Shown: positions 23,567 to 33,949, counted from the first letter of the stretch. The stretch is 64,000 nt of DNA from an uncultured Acidobacteriaceae bacterium (GCA_963808695.1 CAWEHF010000026.1:14161-78160), one strand, 5' to 3'. Translations and numbers: made by a program. Notes: generated by a model from the sequence alone, not told the origin.

Positions 23567-25186
23567 TTAGAACCGGCCCAGGCGCACGCGAACAACCTGG
23601 GGCTTCAGGTAAAAACACAATCCGCGGTCGTTCTCGTCGCCGTTCAACAGGCGCAGCGGCTTCCATACGCCGTTTTCATACACGCCCTGCTCGGCAGAGA
23701 CGATCTCGCTGCGCGCCCACGGAAGTTTTCCGGGCAGATGGAAGCTGATGCTGGCGTCGATACCGGTGATGAGGAATTCGTCTGGACCGAGACGTGCTAC
23801 CAGCGCCGCGCCGTGCGCATCCTTGGTGCCCGGAGCCCTGCCTCCATCCGGTTGCGGGAAACCAAACGCGACCGATACCTGCCAGTCGCCGAAGTCGATC
23901 TCCTGCGACGCCTGGCCCGGCTCCTCAACGGCGGTCTTGAGCTTTCCTTCGAATTCGAGCGCGGCGATCTCGCGGCTTATCGGGCCAATAAGAGCAAAGT
24001 TGTAGGACTGTGATTTGAATGGCAGGTCTCCCGGGATGTTCTGGTCGACGCCGAAGGGCGAAAAGCCGATGGCGCCGTCGCCGAGCGCGTAGAAGAGAGC
24101 CTTTGCGTAGCTGTCGCCGCTCCCGATCTCGGGGATAACGAGCGGGTTATCGGGACGATTATAAATGTCGAAGATGCTGCGATAGAAGCCGGAGTCATCG
24201 GAATACATGTCGGGTCCGAGCACGTCGATGGAAGGCGCAAGCACGCGCCAGAGTCCGACGTACTTTTGCCACGCGCCGCCGCTGGGATAATCGATGCCGG
24301 GCATGTCCTGCTGCAATTGCGGCATCAGCGGGGGAGGATAGTTGACCCAGACATTCATATAGAAGGGAATGTTCATCTCCGCTTTACCGGCGGCAGCCAC
24401 CTCGTTGATGTATTTGGCCTGGTGATAGGTCTGGAAGATCTCGTCGGCGTCACCCCCGAAGACCTGTCTCCACGTGCCGGGCTGCTTGTGTGTGGCGGCG
24501 AGCAGATCGGCGGGCACGGAACCGGCAAACTCGAGGTTGGCGGTTTCCGAGTTGTCGCGGACACTGCCGATGTTACCGGACTCGTTTTCGACTTGCATCA
24601 TCAGCACGGTGTGTTGATCGCCGTCGATCTGTTTCAAGTGATGCATGAGGGCGGCGAATGCGGATTTGTCGGCTTCGAGCGTGTTGCGGCCAAGCGGCGA
24701 GAGGACATCGATGGGCTCGCCGTCGGGGCGGATGACGCGAGGAAAGCGCTGGGGGTCTGCCTTGATCCACGCTGGAACGTAGTGCATGTTGCCGTTCTTC
24801 CAGGTTCCAAACCACAGGAAGATGACGTGCAGGCCGTGCGCGCGCGCGCCGGTCACAATGGCGTCTACGTTGGTGAAGTCGAATTTCCCGGGCTGCGGCT
24901 CCATCTGCTCCCAGTAGACCGGAGCCTCCATTGTGTTGGCGTGCAATGCGGCCATCGATTCCCACACCTGAGGCAGCTCACTGGGCCAGGCGCTGGAATT
25001 GTGGATCTGTCCGCCCAGGATCAGGTAGGGTTGGCCGTCCACCAGCAATGCGTACCGTCCATCCTTTTGAACAATCCTGGGGGCGTCCGCGGCGAATGCG
25101 GAACCGATGCAGGCGACGAAAACAATAAGGCCGGCGAGGAAACGGCTGCGCCTCAGGCTGGAATGGCAAGAAGAAAATTGGAGCAT
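23567..25186 (-). CDS. GH35/GH42-like beta-galactosidase (DUF5597-type), secreted
   Basis: Signal peptide; APVYWEQMEPQPGKFDF, GLHVIFLWFGTWKNG, VLMMQVENESGN. AAGAGGA RBS before the ATG at 25186. Confidence 0.6.
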   Translation of the reverse strand: MLQFSSCHSSLRRSRFLAGLIVFVACIGSAFAADAPRIVQKDGRYALLVDGQPYLILGGQIHNSSAWPSELPQVWESMAALHANTMEAPVYWEQMEPQPGKFDFTNVDAIVTGARAHGLHVIFLWFGTWKNGNMHYVPAWIKADPQRFPRVIRPDGEPIDVLSPLGRNTLEADKSAFAALMHHLKQIDGDQHTVLMMQVENESGNIGSVRDNSETANLEFAGSVPADLLAATHKQPGTWRQVFGGDADEIFQTYHQAKYINEVAAAGKAEMNIPFYMNVWVNYPPPLMPQLQQDMPGIDYPSGGAWQKYVGLWRVLAPSIDVLGPDMYSDDSGFYRSIFDIYNRPDNPLVIPEIGSGDSYAKALFYALGDGAIGFSPFGVDQNIPGDLPFKSQSYNFALIGPISREIAALEFEGKLKTAVEEPGQASQEIDFGDWQVSVAFGFPQPDGGRAPGTKDAHGAALVARLGPDEFLITGIDASISFHLPGKLPWARSEIVSAEQGVYENGVWKPLRLLNGDENDRGLCFYLKPQVVRVRLGRF

Positions 25187-25419
25187 TGAGAAGTCCTCTT
25201 ATTCGTTGAATGTCACTGTCTGCGGCCGGATGAACCAGTTCGCGTTTTCAAGCCAACCGGCATGCGCGGCGATCAGCCATGGGTGAAACTCCTATTCGCT
25301 GCGATGTCAAAACAGTAGCGGCTCTCCCTGGCCAGTGTCGCAGTATGGCGAAAATGGCGTACAGGACGGGCAGGGAGCTGCTGCCCGCGATTCTCCCGGC
25401 ACGGAAGGCATCATTTCCA

Positions 25420-25448
25420 CTATTATGAGCGTTGCTCGTATTTGTCAA
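25420..25448 (-). promoter_or_regulatory. sigma70-type promoter with palindromic spacer (copy A)
   Basis: Minus strand TTGACA-aaTACGAGCAACGCTCA-TAATAG (17-nt spacer). Near-identical to 41267..41296. Confidence 0.5.
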
Positions 25449-25750
25449 GAAGAGGGGACGATATGCGCTTTACCGTAAAGCAGGAGAATCAGTTCCGGCC
25501 GCGGCTTCTTACGTTGCGGCACGGGAGGTTGCGGCGCACACCAGGATGCACAATCAGATCGTGATGGTTTTGGGAGGCTCCGGAGGTCGCAGTGCGGGCG
25601 GGATTGGCATGCGCGGCGGGGCTCTGCTACACTCGCGAATCGGACGGGTAGTCACATTCGGGAATCCGTTCTACCGATGCGGTTGTTCGATGCATCTAAA
25701 CAACTACTCCGAGCGCGATGCGTTTCTTCATCCTGGTTTGAGGGGTATCG

Positions 25751-26476
25751 ATGTTGGAAGTCGAGAATAGAACAGAAATCAAGCGCGTGCCGCGCCAGAA
25801 GCGCAGTCAGGATCGTTTTGAGCGGGTGCTGCAGGCATCGCTGCGATTGTTTGCAACGCGGGGGTATGAAAGCGTTTCGATGCGCGAAATCGCACGCGAG
25901 GCGCAAATGCCGATTGCGACGGTGTATCAGTACTTCCCCATGAAGCTGGCGATCGTGCGCGAAATCTGGTCGCGCTACACATCGGAGATTACAGGCGCGT
26001 TGGCAGAAGGAATTCGTCTCATCGTGGAGAGGGGCACGTACCAGCGGCAGGAACTGATTGGAAACATCGTGGACCGAATGGCGCTGTTACAGGCTTCAAA
26101 TCCGGCGTTCATTGAGATCTGGAGCTGCGTGGCGGCTTCGCTGGAGTTGCGGCGGCTGAACGTGGAAGACTCGCTTCACAATGCCCGCCTCATCGCCGAC
26201 TACCTGAAGAAGCTGCATCCCCATGCGGATGCGGGATGGTTATACGACCGGGCCTTGATCGCGGTAGAGGCTACGAGCTCGACCACGCGGCTTGCTCTCG
26301 GGCTTCCCGAGCCGCATCGCGCGCGCATTCTGCACTCGTTGAAAGCGGCGATCGCGCAAATGGTGGATCCGGATTGCATTGTGAAAGCGCCGCACTCCCT
26401 TTCAATCGCGGCACGCAAGCAGAGCAAGGGCAAGACCGCGAAAGGCAGCGTCAGCCGGAAAGCAACCACTGCATGA
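25751..26476 (+). CDS. TetR-family transcriptional regulator
   Basis: RSQDRFERVLQASLRLFATRGYESVSMREIAREAQMPIATVYQYF N-terminal HTH. Confidence 0.9.
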   Translation: MLEVENRTEIKRVPRQKRSQDRFERVLQASLRLFATRGYESVSMREIAREAQMPIATVYQYFPMKLAIVREIWSRYTSEITGALAEGIRLIVERGTYQRQELIGNIVDRMALLQASNPAFIEIWSCVAASLELRRLNVEDSLHNARLIADYLKKLHPHADAGWLYDRALIAVEATSSTTRLALGLPEPHRARILHSLKAAIAQMVDPDCIVKAPHSLSIAARKQSKGKTAKGSVSRKATTA

Positions 26477-27899
26477 TCCGATCCTTCATCGCGGTGAACG
26501 GAGGATAGCGGAGATCGAGATCGGCCCAGAACGGCCGGCGCAGCACGGCCTTGGCATGTGAGAATGCGTCGAAAGTGTAGCGGCCGTGAAAGGCTCCCAT
26601 GCCGCTGTTGCCGACGCCTCCAAAGGGCAGCCCGGGGACGATCTGGTTGATGACGACATCGTTGATGACGATGCTGCCGGAGTGCAATTCGCGGGTCAGA
26701 CGCTTCTGTAGAGACTGATTCCTGGTGAAGGCGTAGATCGCCAGCGGCTTGGAGCGGCGGCGAATGAATGCGAGGGCATCCTCCAGATTGTCGTAGCCGA
26801 CTACCGGCAGGATGGGCCCAAATATCTCGTCCCGGAGTAAATCCGAGTCTGGTGGCAAGCCGGTAATTACGGTGGGGGCAATGTAACGATCCTGCTCGTC
26901 GAACTGACCTCCGAGCGCGATTGTCCCCTGAGCCAGCAGCCCTGTCAGCCGATGGAAATGGGCATGATTGACGATGCGGCCATAGGATGGGCTGCGCCTG
27001 GGATCGTCGCCATAGAAGCGCGAGATCGCGGACCGGAGAGATTCAACCAGCCTGGGGCGCAGAGTCTCGGGCACCAGCACGTAGTCAGGCGCCACGCATA
27101 TCTGCCCTGCATTCATGAACCGCCCCCATGCAATTCGCCGCGCCGTGACGTCAAGCGGAGCATCGTCAACGACGAGGGCAGGATTCTTGCCGCCAAGCTC
27201 CAGGGTCACGGGGGTGAGATTCGCTGCGGCCGCGGTCATCACCATCCTGCCGACGCGGCTCGATCCGGTGAAGAAAATCGTGTCGAAGCGGGTGTTCAGG
27301 AGCCGCGAAGCTGTCTCCGGCCCTCCGCTCACGACCACAACTGCGGACGGATCAACGAAACGCTCGAGCTCAGATGCGATGAGCGCGGCAGAATTGCAGG
27401 CAATCTCAGAAGGCTTGACCACGACGGCATTGCCCGCGGCGAGAGCGCCGGCGAGGGGGATGAGGATCTGTTGAAAGGGATAATTCCAGGTGCTGAAGAT
27501 GGCCGCTAACCCATAGGGTTCCTGCTGGACCCAGCTTCTTCCGGGCAGCGCCGCGATGGGGGTCCTTACAAACCGGGGCCCGGTCCAGCGGTGGAGATTC
27601 CGCTTGATCAGCTTGATCTCGGCCCGAACCATGGAGATGTCGGCCATGCGGGCGTCGGCGGGGCAGCGCCCGAGATCGCACCTGAGCGCTTCGAGCATGC
27701 GCAACTCATTGGCATCGACAAATCGCAGCAGGCCCTCGAGCTGGGCCATGCGCCACGAGAGCGGATAGAAAGTGCCGCGATCGACCGAGGCGCGGAGGTC
27801 TGCAATCCGGCGCTCGGGAAAAGGCGGCGAATCCCCCTGCTTTTCGATACACTCAGCGCCGCGTTGAATCTCCATCGGACTCTCCTTTCGATGAGCCAC
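26451..27899 (-). CDS. NAD(P)-dependent aldehyde dehydrogenase (ALDH3-like)
   Basis: ELGGKNP and FMNAGQICVAPDY (catalytic Cys). Start at 27899 or 27875. Confidence 0.85.
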   Translation of the reverse strand: MAHRKESPMEIQRGAECIEKQGDSPPFPERRIADLRASVDRGTFYPLSWRMAQLEGLLRFVDANELRMLEALRCDLGRCPADARMADISMVRAEIKLIKRNLHRWTGPRFVRTPIAALPGRSWVQQEPYGLAAIFSTWNYPFQQILIPLAGALAAGNAVVVKPSEIACNSAALIASELERFVDPSAVVVVSGGPETASRLLNTRFDTIFFTGSSRVGRMVMTAAAANLTPVTLELGGKNPALVVDDAPLDVTARRIAWGRFMNAGQICVAPDYVLVPETLRPRLVESLRSAISRFYGDDPRRSPSYGRIVNHAHFHRLTGLLAQGTIALGGQFDEQDRYIAPTVITGLPPDSDLLRDEIFGPILPVVGYDNLEDALAFIRRRSKPLAIYAFTRNQSLQKRLTRELHSGSIVINDVVINQIVPGLPFGGVGNSGMGAFHGRYTFDAFSHAKAVLRRPFWADLDLRYPPFTAMKDRIMQWLLSG

Positions 27900-27958
27900 T
27901 CGATTATTGAATCATGACCATGCACCCTGATCGGGGACCGCAACGGATCAGAGCAATA

Positions 27959-29131
27959 TCAGGTCAATGATGGTTCCAGCCGCGTATTCTCAGACCAGCG
28001 CAGAATGACAATGCTGAAGAGCACGAGGGCGAAGCCATCGATTGCAAACACGGCGACAGCAACGAAAGGCATGCCAAAATAGGCGCTCAACCATGCAGGA
28101 AGCGCCGGCCCAATGCCATTCCCAAGAGTAACCATGGCGGTGGCGGCGGCTACGGCGCGGCCCGAACGATCAAGGCTTGCGGAGAAGCCAAGCTGATAAA
28201 CCAGCGAAGAGAGATTGGTAAGAGCCTGGAGAATATTCGCCGCAAGATAGACATAGTGAATTCTGACCGTCCCAACCAGGACGATGGATAGCGCATTGAT
28301 GGCGATGAGAACGAAGAGCGTGGGGAATCGGCCAAAGCGGTCGCGGGCCCAGGCGGCTCCGGCCGCGCCCGCGAGCAGCAACAGAGTGGAAACCGCGAGA
28401 ATTGTGCCAATGGCATCGGGCGAGAATCCTGCATTGCTGCCGTAGATCTGCTCGAGGCTCCAGAAGGCGCCCTGTCCCAGTTGGGTGAGAAAGATCGCCA
28501 AGACGACGAGAATGGCGGGCGAGGAGATGCGGGCAGCCAATTCCTGGCTCCGGATGGGGCGGCGGTTGGGGAACGAGGGAAGGCGAGTGAGGAGAGCCGT
28601 TCCTGCCAGGAAGACCACCAGGAGGCAAAGATAGAGCGCGCGATACCCAAGGCGGCTGACGAGGAGCGGAAGCAATGTAAACCAGACCGCGGCGTTCACC
28701 ATGGAAGCAATGGTCGCGAAGGCGATTAAACGTTCCTTTTCGATGCCGCGGGCCAAGACCCGCAGTCCCTGGGCCCCGACAATCCCGGTGCCCGCTCCAG
28801 CTAGGAGGCGGCTGGCAGCAAGGATTGCGATTGCGGGCGAGAACAGCGACAGAATAGTGCCGAAAAGGGCGAGCGCGCCGCCCCACAGGGCCCATCTCTT
28901 TTCGGAATGCGGATGTGCCCAGGCGCTCAGAACCAGGGTGGTCATCGCGGCGACGCCCAGCTCCGAACTGAGCAGAAATCCTGCGCTCCTCAAGGACAGC
29001 CCAGCCTGGGTCCGCAGCGTGTCGAGAAAGACCGGCAAGAGGCTCATGGTCGTTCCCAGCACGAGTTGAGCGCCGATTGCCGGAAAGAGGATTGCCCGAT
29101 CGCGTCTGCGCGGGAAGAGTGAGCTCAGCAT
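27959..29131 (-). CDS. MFS transporter
   Basis: Hydrophobic throughout, with about 12 TM segments. Start uncertain (29131 preferred over 29290). Confidence 0.7.
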   Translation of the reverse strand: MLSSLFPRRRDRAILFPAIGAQLVLGTTMSLLPVFLDTLRTQAGLSLRSAGFLLSSELGVAAMTTLVLSAWAHPHSEKRWALWGGALALFGTILSLFSPAIAILAASRLLAGAGTGIVGAQGLRVLARGIEKERLIAFATIASMVNAAVWFTLLPLLVSRLGYRALYLCLLVVFLAGTALLTRLPSFPNRRPIRSQELAARISSPAILVVLAIFLTQLGQGAFWSLEQIYGSNAGFSPDAIGTILAVSTLLLLAGAAGAAWARDRFGRFPTLFVLIAINALSIVLVGTVRIHYVYLAANILQALTNLSSLVYQLGFSASLDRSGRAVAAATAMVTLGNGIGPALPAWLSAYFGMPFVAVAVFAIDGFALVLFSIVILRWSENTRLEPSLT

Positions 29132-29548
29132 GGCGCCGTCCACAAGCCCGCGCACGTGCCAGTGTGCAAGCGCACAGAGAAATACCCAGTTCTCAATCTG
29201 CCTCCGCAAGAAGTGGAAGTGAAACGCTATTAGAGTGTACAAAAAGTGCTCTGTCAAGCGCGCGATGGCAGCCCCGCAGTTGTCGTGCATTCCGGCGGAA
29301 AACGGCCGGCTTCACGGGCGCGGAAGCGGCTGTTGACAAATCTGACTGATGCTCATATTCTGCTCCTGTACTCAGGCGGAGGAAAAAGCCTTCGCCGGCC
29401 GATGCAACGGCCAGGAAGGCTGACCGGGGCTGTGCGGCGGCGTTGCGCGGCCAGGCCGCCATAACAACCCGGGCGCATTCGAAGCAGCGGCCGTGACTGA
29501 TGCGGCCCAGGAAATGGTTCGAGTTCAAGATCAGGGAAGCGGGGAGCC

Positions 29549-31156
29549 ATGACCGCCACGCATGACCACCAGTTTGTTTTAGCGGTCGATCTAGGAACAT
29601 CGGGCTGCAAGTGTGCGCTGGTGGGGCGCGACGGCGTGGTGCACGCGTGGGCGTTTCGGCCGGTTCCGCTGTACATCGTGGACGAAGTGGGCGCCGAGCA
29701 GGATCCTGAGGATTGGTGGCAGGCATTCCTGGGAGCAGCGCGGGAGTTGATTGCGACGCTGCCCGGCACGGGCGGGCAGATCGAAGCCATCTGCTGCTCC
29801 TGCCTGGGGGAATGCACGATCGCTGTCGACCAGGGCGGGAATCCGCTTCGGCGCGCCTTGCTGTGGCTGGATATGCGGGGCGCGGAGCAGATCCGGCGCC
29901 GGGCCGGCAACGACGTTATGTCGGTTTCAGGATACGGGCCGGTGAAGCTGTGGCGCTGGATCAGCCGCACCGGCGGCGCTCCGGCGCTTTCCGGCAAGGA
30001 CCCGGCCGCGCACATGGCCTTTATTCAGGAGGCGTGGCCTGAAATCTACTCCAGGACCTACAAGTTTCTTAACGCGCTCGACTTCATGAATCTGCGCCTG
30101 ACGGGGCGGTTCACGGCGACGGTGGATTCGATCCTGACCTCGTGGGTGACCGACAATCGCGACGCCACCAATATCCGCTACGATCGGTCGCTGATCCGGC
30201 AGTCGGGAATCGACGGCGACAAGTTTCCTGAGATTGTGAGCTGCACCGCGGTGCTTGGGCCATTGCGGCCAGAAGCGGCGCAGGAGCTCGGATTGTCCGC
30301 GAATACGCCGGTGGTCGCGGGCGCGGTGGACAACTCGGCCGCCGCAATTGGTTCGGGCGCCATCGGCGACGGCGAGACGCACATCTACGTGGGCACTTCG
30401 TCGTGGATCGAAGCGCACGTTCCCTTCAAGAAGACGAATCTGTTTGCGCAGATCGCATCGGTTCCGTGCGCAATTCCGGGCCGGTATCTTGCAGTGGCGC
30501 TGCAGTCTTCGGCCGGCTCGAACCTGACCTTTCTGAAGGACCGGCTGCTCTTCCCCGCCGGCGAAGCGGGAGCCATGCCACCGGACGATGCATATTCCGC
30601 GATTGAGGAGATGGCGGCGCCGGTTCCGGCGGGAGCGCGCGGCCTGTTGTACACGCCCTGGCTGTTCGGAGAGCGCAGCCCGGTGGACGATCCAAGTTTG
30701 CGGGCGGGATTCCTGAATCTTTCTCTTCACCACTCGCGCGCGGAGGCGGCGCGCGCAGTACTGGAAGGCGTGGCGCTGAACACGCGTTGGATGATGGAGC
30801 CGTTCGACCGTTTTCTGGGCAAGGCGCCGAATCAGATCACCCTGGCGGGAGGCGGAGCGAATTCGAGCCTGTGGTGCCAGATCTTCGCCAACGTGCTCAA
30901 GGTTCCGGTGCGGCAACTGCGGTCGCCCATCCAGGTGAATGTCATCGGGGCGGCGTTCATCGGCCTGGTGGGGATCGGCGAGCTTGCGTTCGCGGATGTA
31001 CCGGGGCTGACGCGAGTGCAGCGCACATATGCGCCTGCGGCAGAGCAGGCCGCCGTCTACGATGAAGCATTTGCGCGATTCAAGCTGGCCTACCGTCAGC
31101 TTGCGCCTTTTTATCGCAAGGTAAACAGCCGGGAGAGCACACGCCATGGACTTTGA
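29549..31156 (+). CDS. FGGY-family carbohydrate kinase
   Basis: LAVDLGTSGCKCALV and GGGANSSLWCQIFANV motifs. Confidence 0.85.
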   Translation: MTATHDHQFVLAVDLGTSGCKCALVGRDGVVHAWAFRPVPLYIVDEVGAEQDPEDWWQAFLGAARELIATLPGTGGQIEAICCSCLGECTIAVDQGGNPLRRALLWLDMRGAEQIRRRAGNDVMSVSGYGPVKLWRWISRTGGAPALSGKDPAAHMAFIQEAWPEIYSRTYKFLNALDFMNLRLTGRFTATVDSILTSWVTDNRDATNIRYDRSLIRQSGIDGDKFPEIVSCTAVLGPLRPEAAQELGLSANTPVVAGAVDNSAAAIGSGAIGDGETHIYVGTSSWIEAHVPFKKTNLFAQIASVPCAIPGRYLAVALQSSAGSNLTFLKDRLLFPAGEAGAMPPDDAYSAIEEMAAPVPAGARGLLYTPWLFGERSPVDDPSLRAGFLNLSLHHSRAEAARAVLEGVALNTRWMMEPFDRFLGKAPNQITLAGGGANSSLWCQIFANVLKVPVRQLRSPIQVNVIGAAFIGLVGIGELAFADVPGLTRVQRTYAPAAEQAAVYDEAFARFKLAYRQLAPFYRKVNSRESTRHGL

Positions 31157-31799
31157 CGCGGTGCGGAACGAGGTTCTGCAAGCCTGCCTGCATCTGGCAG
31201 ACAAGGGATACCTGGCGGGGACGGGCGGCAACGTGGCCTGCCGGGCGGGTGCGGAGCATCTGGCGATTACTCCCTCGGCCTCGGATTACTACGCGATGAC
31301 ACCCGATGATATCTGCATCGTGCATCTCAGCGATCTCAAGTGCGTTGCCGGCCAGCGGCCTTCGGTGGAGCTGCGCCTGCACGCCTTTCTGCAAGGCAAG
31401 CACGATGCGCATGCCACGATTCATACGCATCAACCGATTGCCAGCGCTTATTCGCTTCTGGGCGAGGATCTGACGATTCGCAACCCCGAGTGGCAGAAGC
31501 TTCTCGGCGAGAAGGCACTTTGCGTGGGCTACGCGCCTTCGGGAACCAACTGGCTTGCGGGGAAGCTGAAAAAGCGTCTTAACGCCGGGGTGAATGCCTA
31601 CCTGATGCGCAACCACGGAATCATCTGTTGCGGGCGGACGATGGCGAACGCGATCGAGAGGGTTGAAGCTCTCGAGGCCGAATGCAGCGATTTCTTTCGC
31701 ACCGTCATCGAGGAGCGCGCTGCCGCCGAGCGCGGCCCCGCATTTTTACAGGTTTTGTCGCTTCTTATCGATTCGAATCTTCTGGAGTCCACACCATGA
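31146..31799 (+). CDS. class II aldolase/adducin-family protein (fuculose/ribulose-phosphate aldolase/epimerase type)
   Basis: GTGGNVACR, ATIHTHQPIASAY, MRNHGIICCG (metal His residues present). Confidence 0.8.
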   Translation: MDFDAVRNEVLQACLHLADKGYLAGTGGNVACRAGAEHLAITPSASDYYAMTPDDICIVHLSDLKCVAGQRPSVELRLHAFLQGKHDAHATIHTHQPIASAYSLLGEDLTIRNPEWQKLLGEKALCVGYAPSGTNWLAGKLKKRLNAGVNAYLMRNHGIICCGRTMANAIERVEALEAECSDFFRTVIEERAAAERGPAFLQVLSLLIDSNLLESTP

Positions 31800-33277
31800 G
31801 TTCTTCTTCCGCAATCTTAAGCGACGACTTGATCGCGTCGCAGGCGCAGTACGGCATCTCTGAGTGGCACGATACCGGCGAGATCTATGCACGCCTGAAG
31901 GAACTGATGAAGCAGCCGATCCGCCCCATCCGCCGCGAGGCGATGGAGAAGGTGCTGGATTACTTCGACCGCTCCTGCGCCGGATCGAAGCGCCTGGCAG
32001 GACAAGCCGAAGCGATTATCCCCGGTGGCGTTCAGCATAACCTTGCGTTCAATTATCCATTTCCGCTGGCGATGACCAGCGCCAGGGGCGCGCATCTTAC
32101 CGACATCGACGGCAATCGTTACATCGACTTTCTGAAAGCAGGCGGGCCCACGCTGTTGGACTCCAACAACGCCGCCGTGCGGGAGAGGGTTCACCAGTTG
32201 CTCGATTCATGCGGACCTGTCACGGGCCTGCTGAACGAGTACGAGGTAAAGCTGGCACAACTGGTCAGCAAAGCCATGCCTTCGATTGAAATGTTCCGCA
32301 TGCTCGGTTCAGGCACTGAAGCGGTAATGGGTGCAATCCGGCTGGCCAGGGCCTACACCGGACGGAAGTGGGTCATCAAGATCGGCGGCGCGTACCACGG
32401 CTGGAGCGACCAGATGGTTTACGGGATGCGCATACCGGGCACGGGACGGAGAGAAGCGGTGGGAATCCCGCGCGCGGCGACAGCATATATCCAGGAGCGA
32501 TTTCCGAACGATCTGGACTCTCTGCGGCGGACGCTCTGGTTGAACCGCCTGCGCGGGGGAACGGCGGCAATTATCGTCGAGCCCTTCGGGCCGGAGAGCG
32601 GCACGCGGCCGGTGCATCGCAGCTTCAATCAGGAACTGCGGAAACTCTGCGATGAGTTCAACGCACTCTTGATCTTCGATGAAGTCGTGACCGGATTCCG
32701 CGCCGGCATGGGCGGCGCGCAGGGGTACTTCCAGGTGAGGCCGGATATCACCGTACTGGGCAAATGCCTCACCGGAGGCTATCCGATGGCCGGCGGGATT
32801 GGCGGCCGGCGCGATGTGATGCAGTTGCTTGCCGGCGGGATCGGCGCGACATCGAAACGAGTGTTTGTGGGAGGGACGCTCACTGCGAATCCGTTGTCGT
32901 GCGCGGCCGGTTGCTTTGCCATCGAGGAAATGCGCCGCACCGATGCGGCCGTGAAGGCAGGAGCCGCGGGAGACCGGCTGCGCAAGGGACTGAGCGACAT
33001 TATCGAGCGGCTTGGGCTGCCCTACGTAACCTACAACCAGGGATCGATCGTTCACCTGCAAACCTCGGGCGTGATGCTGCTGAGCATGAGGAATCCGATC
33101 AAGGTGATGCGCGAGGTCAACCAGCGCAAGCACATGATGGAGGAAATGGGCGCGGCCTTCAGTGCGCATGGAATCATTACGCTCGCCGGAAGCCGCGTAT
33201 ACACCGGCCTCGCCGATACCAACGAAGTGATTGATGAGGCGCTGAACCGCTTTGACAGTGTTCTCAAACTGGTCTAG
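31796..33277 (+). CDS. class-III PLP aminotransferase (glutamate-1-semialdehyde aminomutase-like)
   Basis: ATGA overlap with the upstream aldolase (start 31796). GSGTEAVMGAIRLAR, LIFDEVVTGFR, VLGKCLTGGYP (PLP Lys). Confidence 0.85.
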   Translation: MSSSSAILSDDLIASQAQYGISEWHDTGEIYARLKELMKQPIRPIRREAMEKVLDYFDRSCAGSKRLAGQAEAIIPGGVQHNLAFNYPFPLAMTSARGAHLTDIDGNRYIDFLKAGGPTLLDSNNAAVRERVHQLLDSCGPVTGLLNEYEVKLAQLVSKAMPSIEMFRMLGSGTEAVMGAIRLARAYTGRKWVIKIGGAYHGWSDQMVYGMRIPGTGRREAVGIPRAATAYIQERFPNDLDSLRRTLWLNRLRGGTAAIIVEPFGPESGTRPVHRSFNQELRKLCDEFNALLIFDEVVTGFRAGMGGAQGYFQVRPDITVLGKCLTGGYPMAGGIGGRRDVMQLLAGGIGATSKRVFVGGTLTANPLSCAAGCFAIEEMRRTDAAVKAGAAGDRLRKGLSDIIERLGLPYVTYNQGSIVHLQTSGVMLLSMRNPIKVMREVNQRKHMMEEMGAAFSAHGIITLAGSRVYTGLADTNEVIDEALNRFDSVLKLV

Positions 33278-33292
33278 GGCATCGAGTCTCCT

Positions 33293-33949
33293 ATGAACAT
33301 TGAAGAACATCTCCTGGCCGATTGCCGCCGCCTTGCCGCGAAGGGGCTCCTGTGCTCTTCCGACGACAGCTTTTCGCTGCGGATTCCAGGAGAGGAGAAG
33401 ATGCTCCTGGTCTCCGGGCTGGAGGACTGGCAGCAGATCGATGGCAGACACCTGCGGCGGAGTCTGTTTTTGGAGAGCGATTACCCTGCCGCATTGCACA
33501 CCGCCATTTATCAAAATCGCGGCGATGTAGGCGCGATTGCAGTCTCCAGTCCGCGCGGCGTTCGCTTGGTTGCTGAATTCGGCGGAGTTTTGCCCACGCT
33601 CTTTGACGAACAGGCACGGCATATCGGCAGCTCGGCCAGGCCGATTCCCGATCGAACTCGCGCCAGCAAGGAACGGCTCCGGGAAGTATTCCGGCGCGGA
33701 GACAATGCAGTGTTGTTAGGCAGCCAATTGCTGTGCCTGGGCATGACCTGCGAACGGGTCGTATTCAACGCGGAGCTCGTTGAGAAGTGCGCCCGGGCAT
33801 ATGCGATTGCCCGCGCCACAGGGCGGCCGATCAACCGCATTCCCTGGTGGGTTCGGATGATCGCCAAACGCCGCCTGATGAAGGACGAACGCAGCGCAGC
33901 CATCAGCTACAGCCATGGCATGAGGCCGGAAAACGTGCGCGGGTACTGA
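33293..33949 (+). CDS. divergent class II aldolase-fold protein lacking the metal-binding His triad
   Basis: Same length and overall pattern as 31146..31799. Has GAIAVSSPRG in place of IHTHQP, and LLGSQLLCLG in place of MRNHGIICCG. Confidence 0.6.
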   Translation: MNIEEHLLADCRRLAAKGLLCSSDDSFSLRIPGEEKMLLVSGLEDWQQIDGRHLRRSLFLESDYPAALHTAIYQNRGDVGAIAVSSPRGVRLVAEFGGVLPTLFDEQARHIGSSARPIPDRTRASKERLREVFRRGDNAVLLGSQLLCLGMTCERVVFNAELVEKCARAYAIARATGRPINRIPWWVRMIAKRRLMKDERSAAISYSHGMRPENVRGY

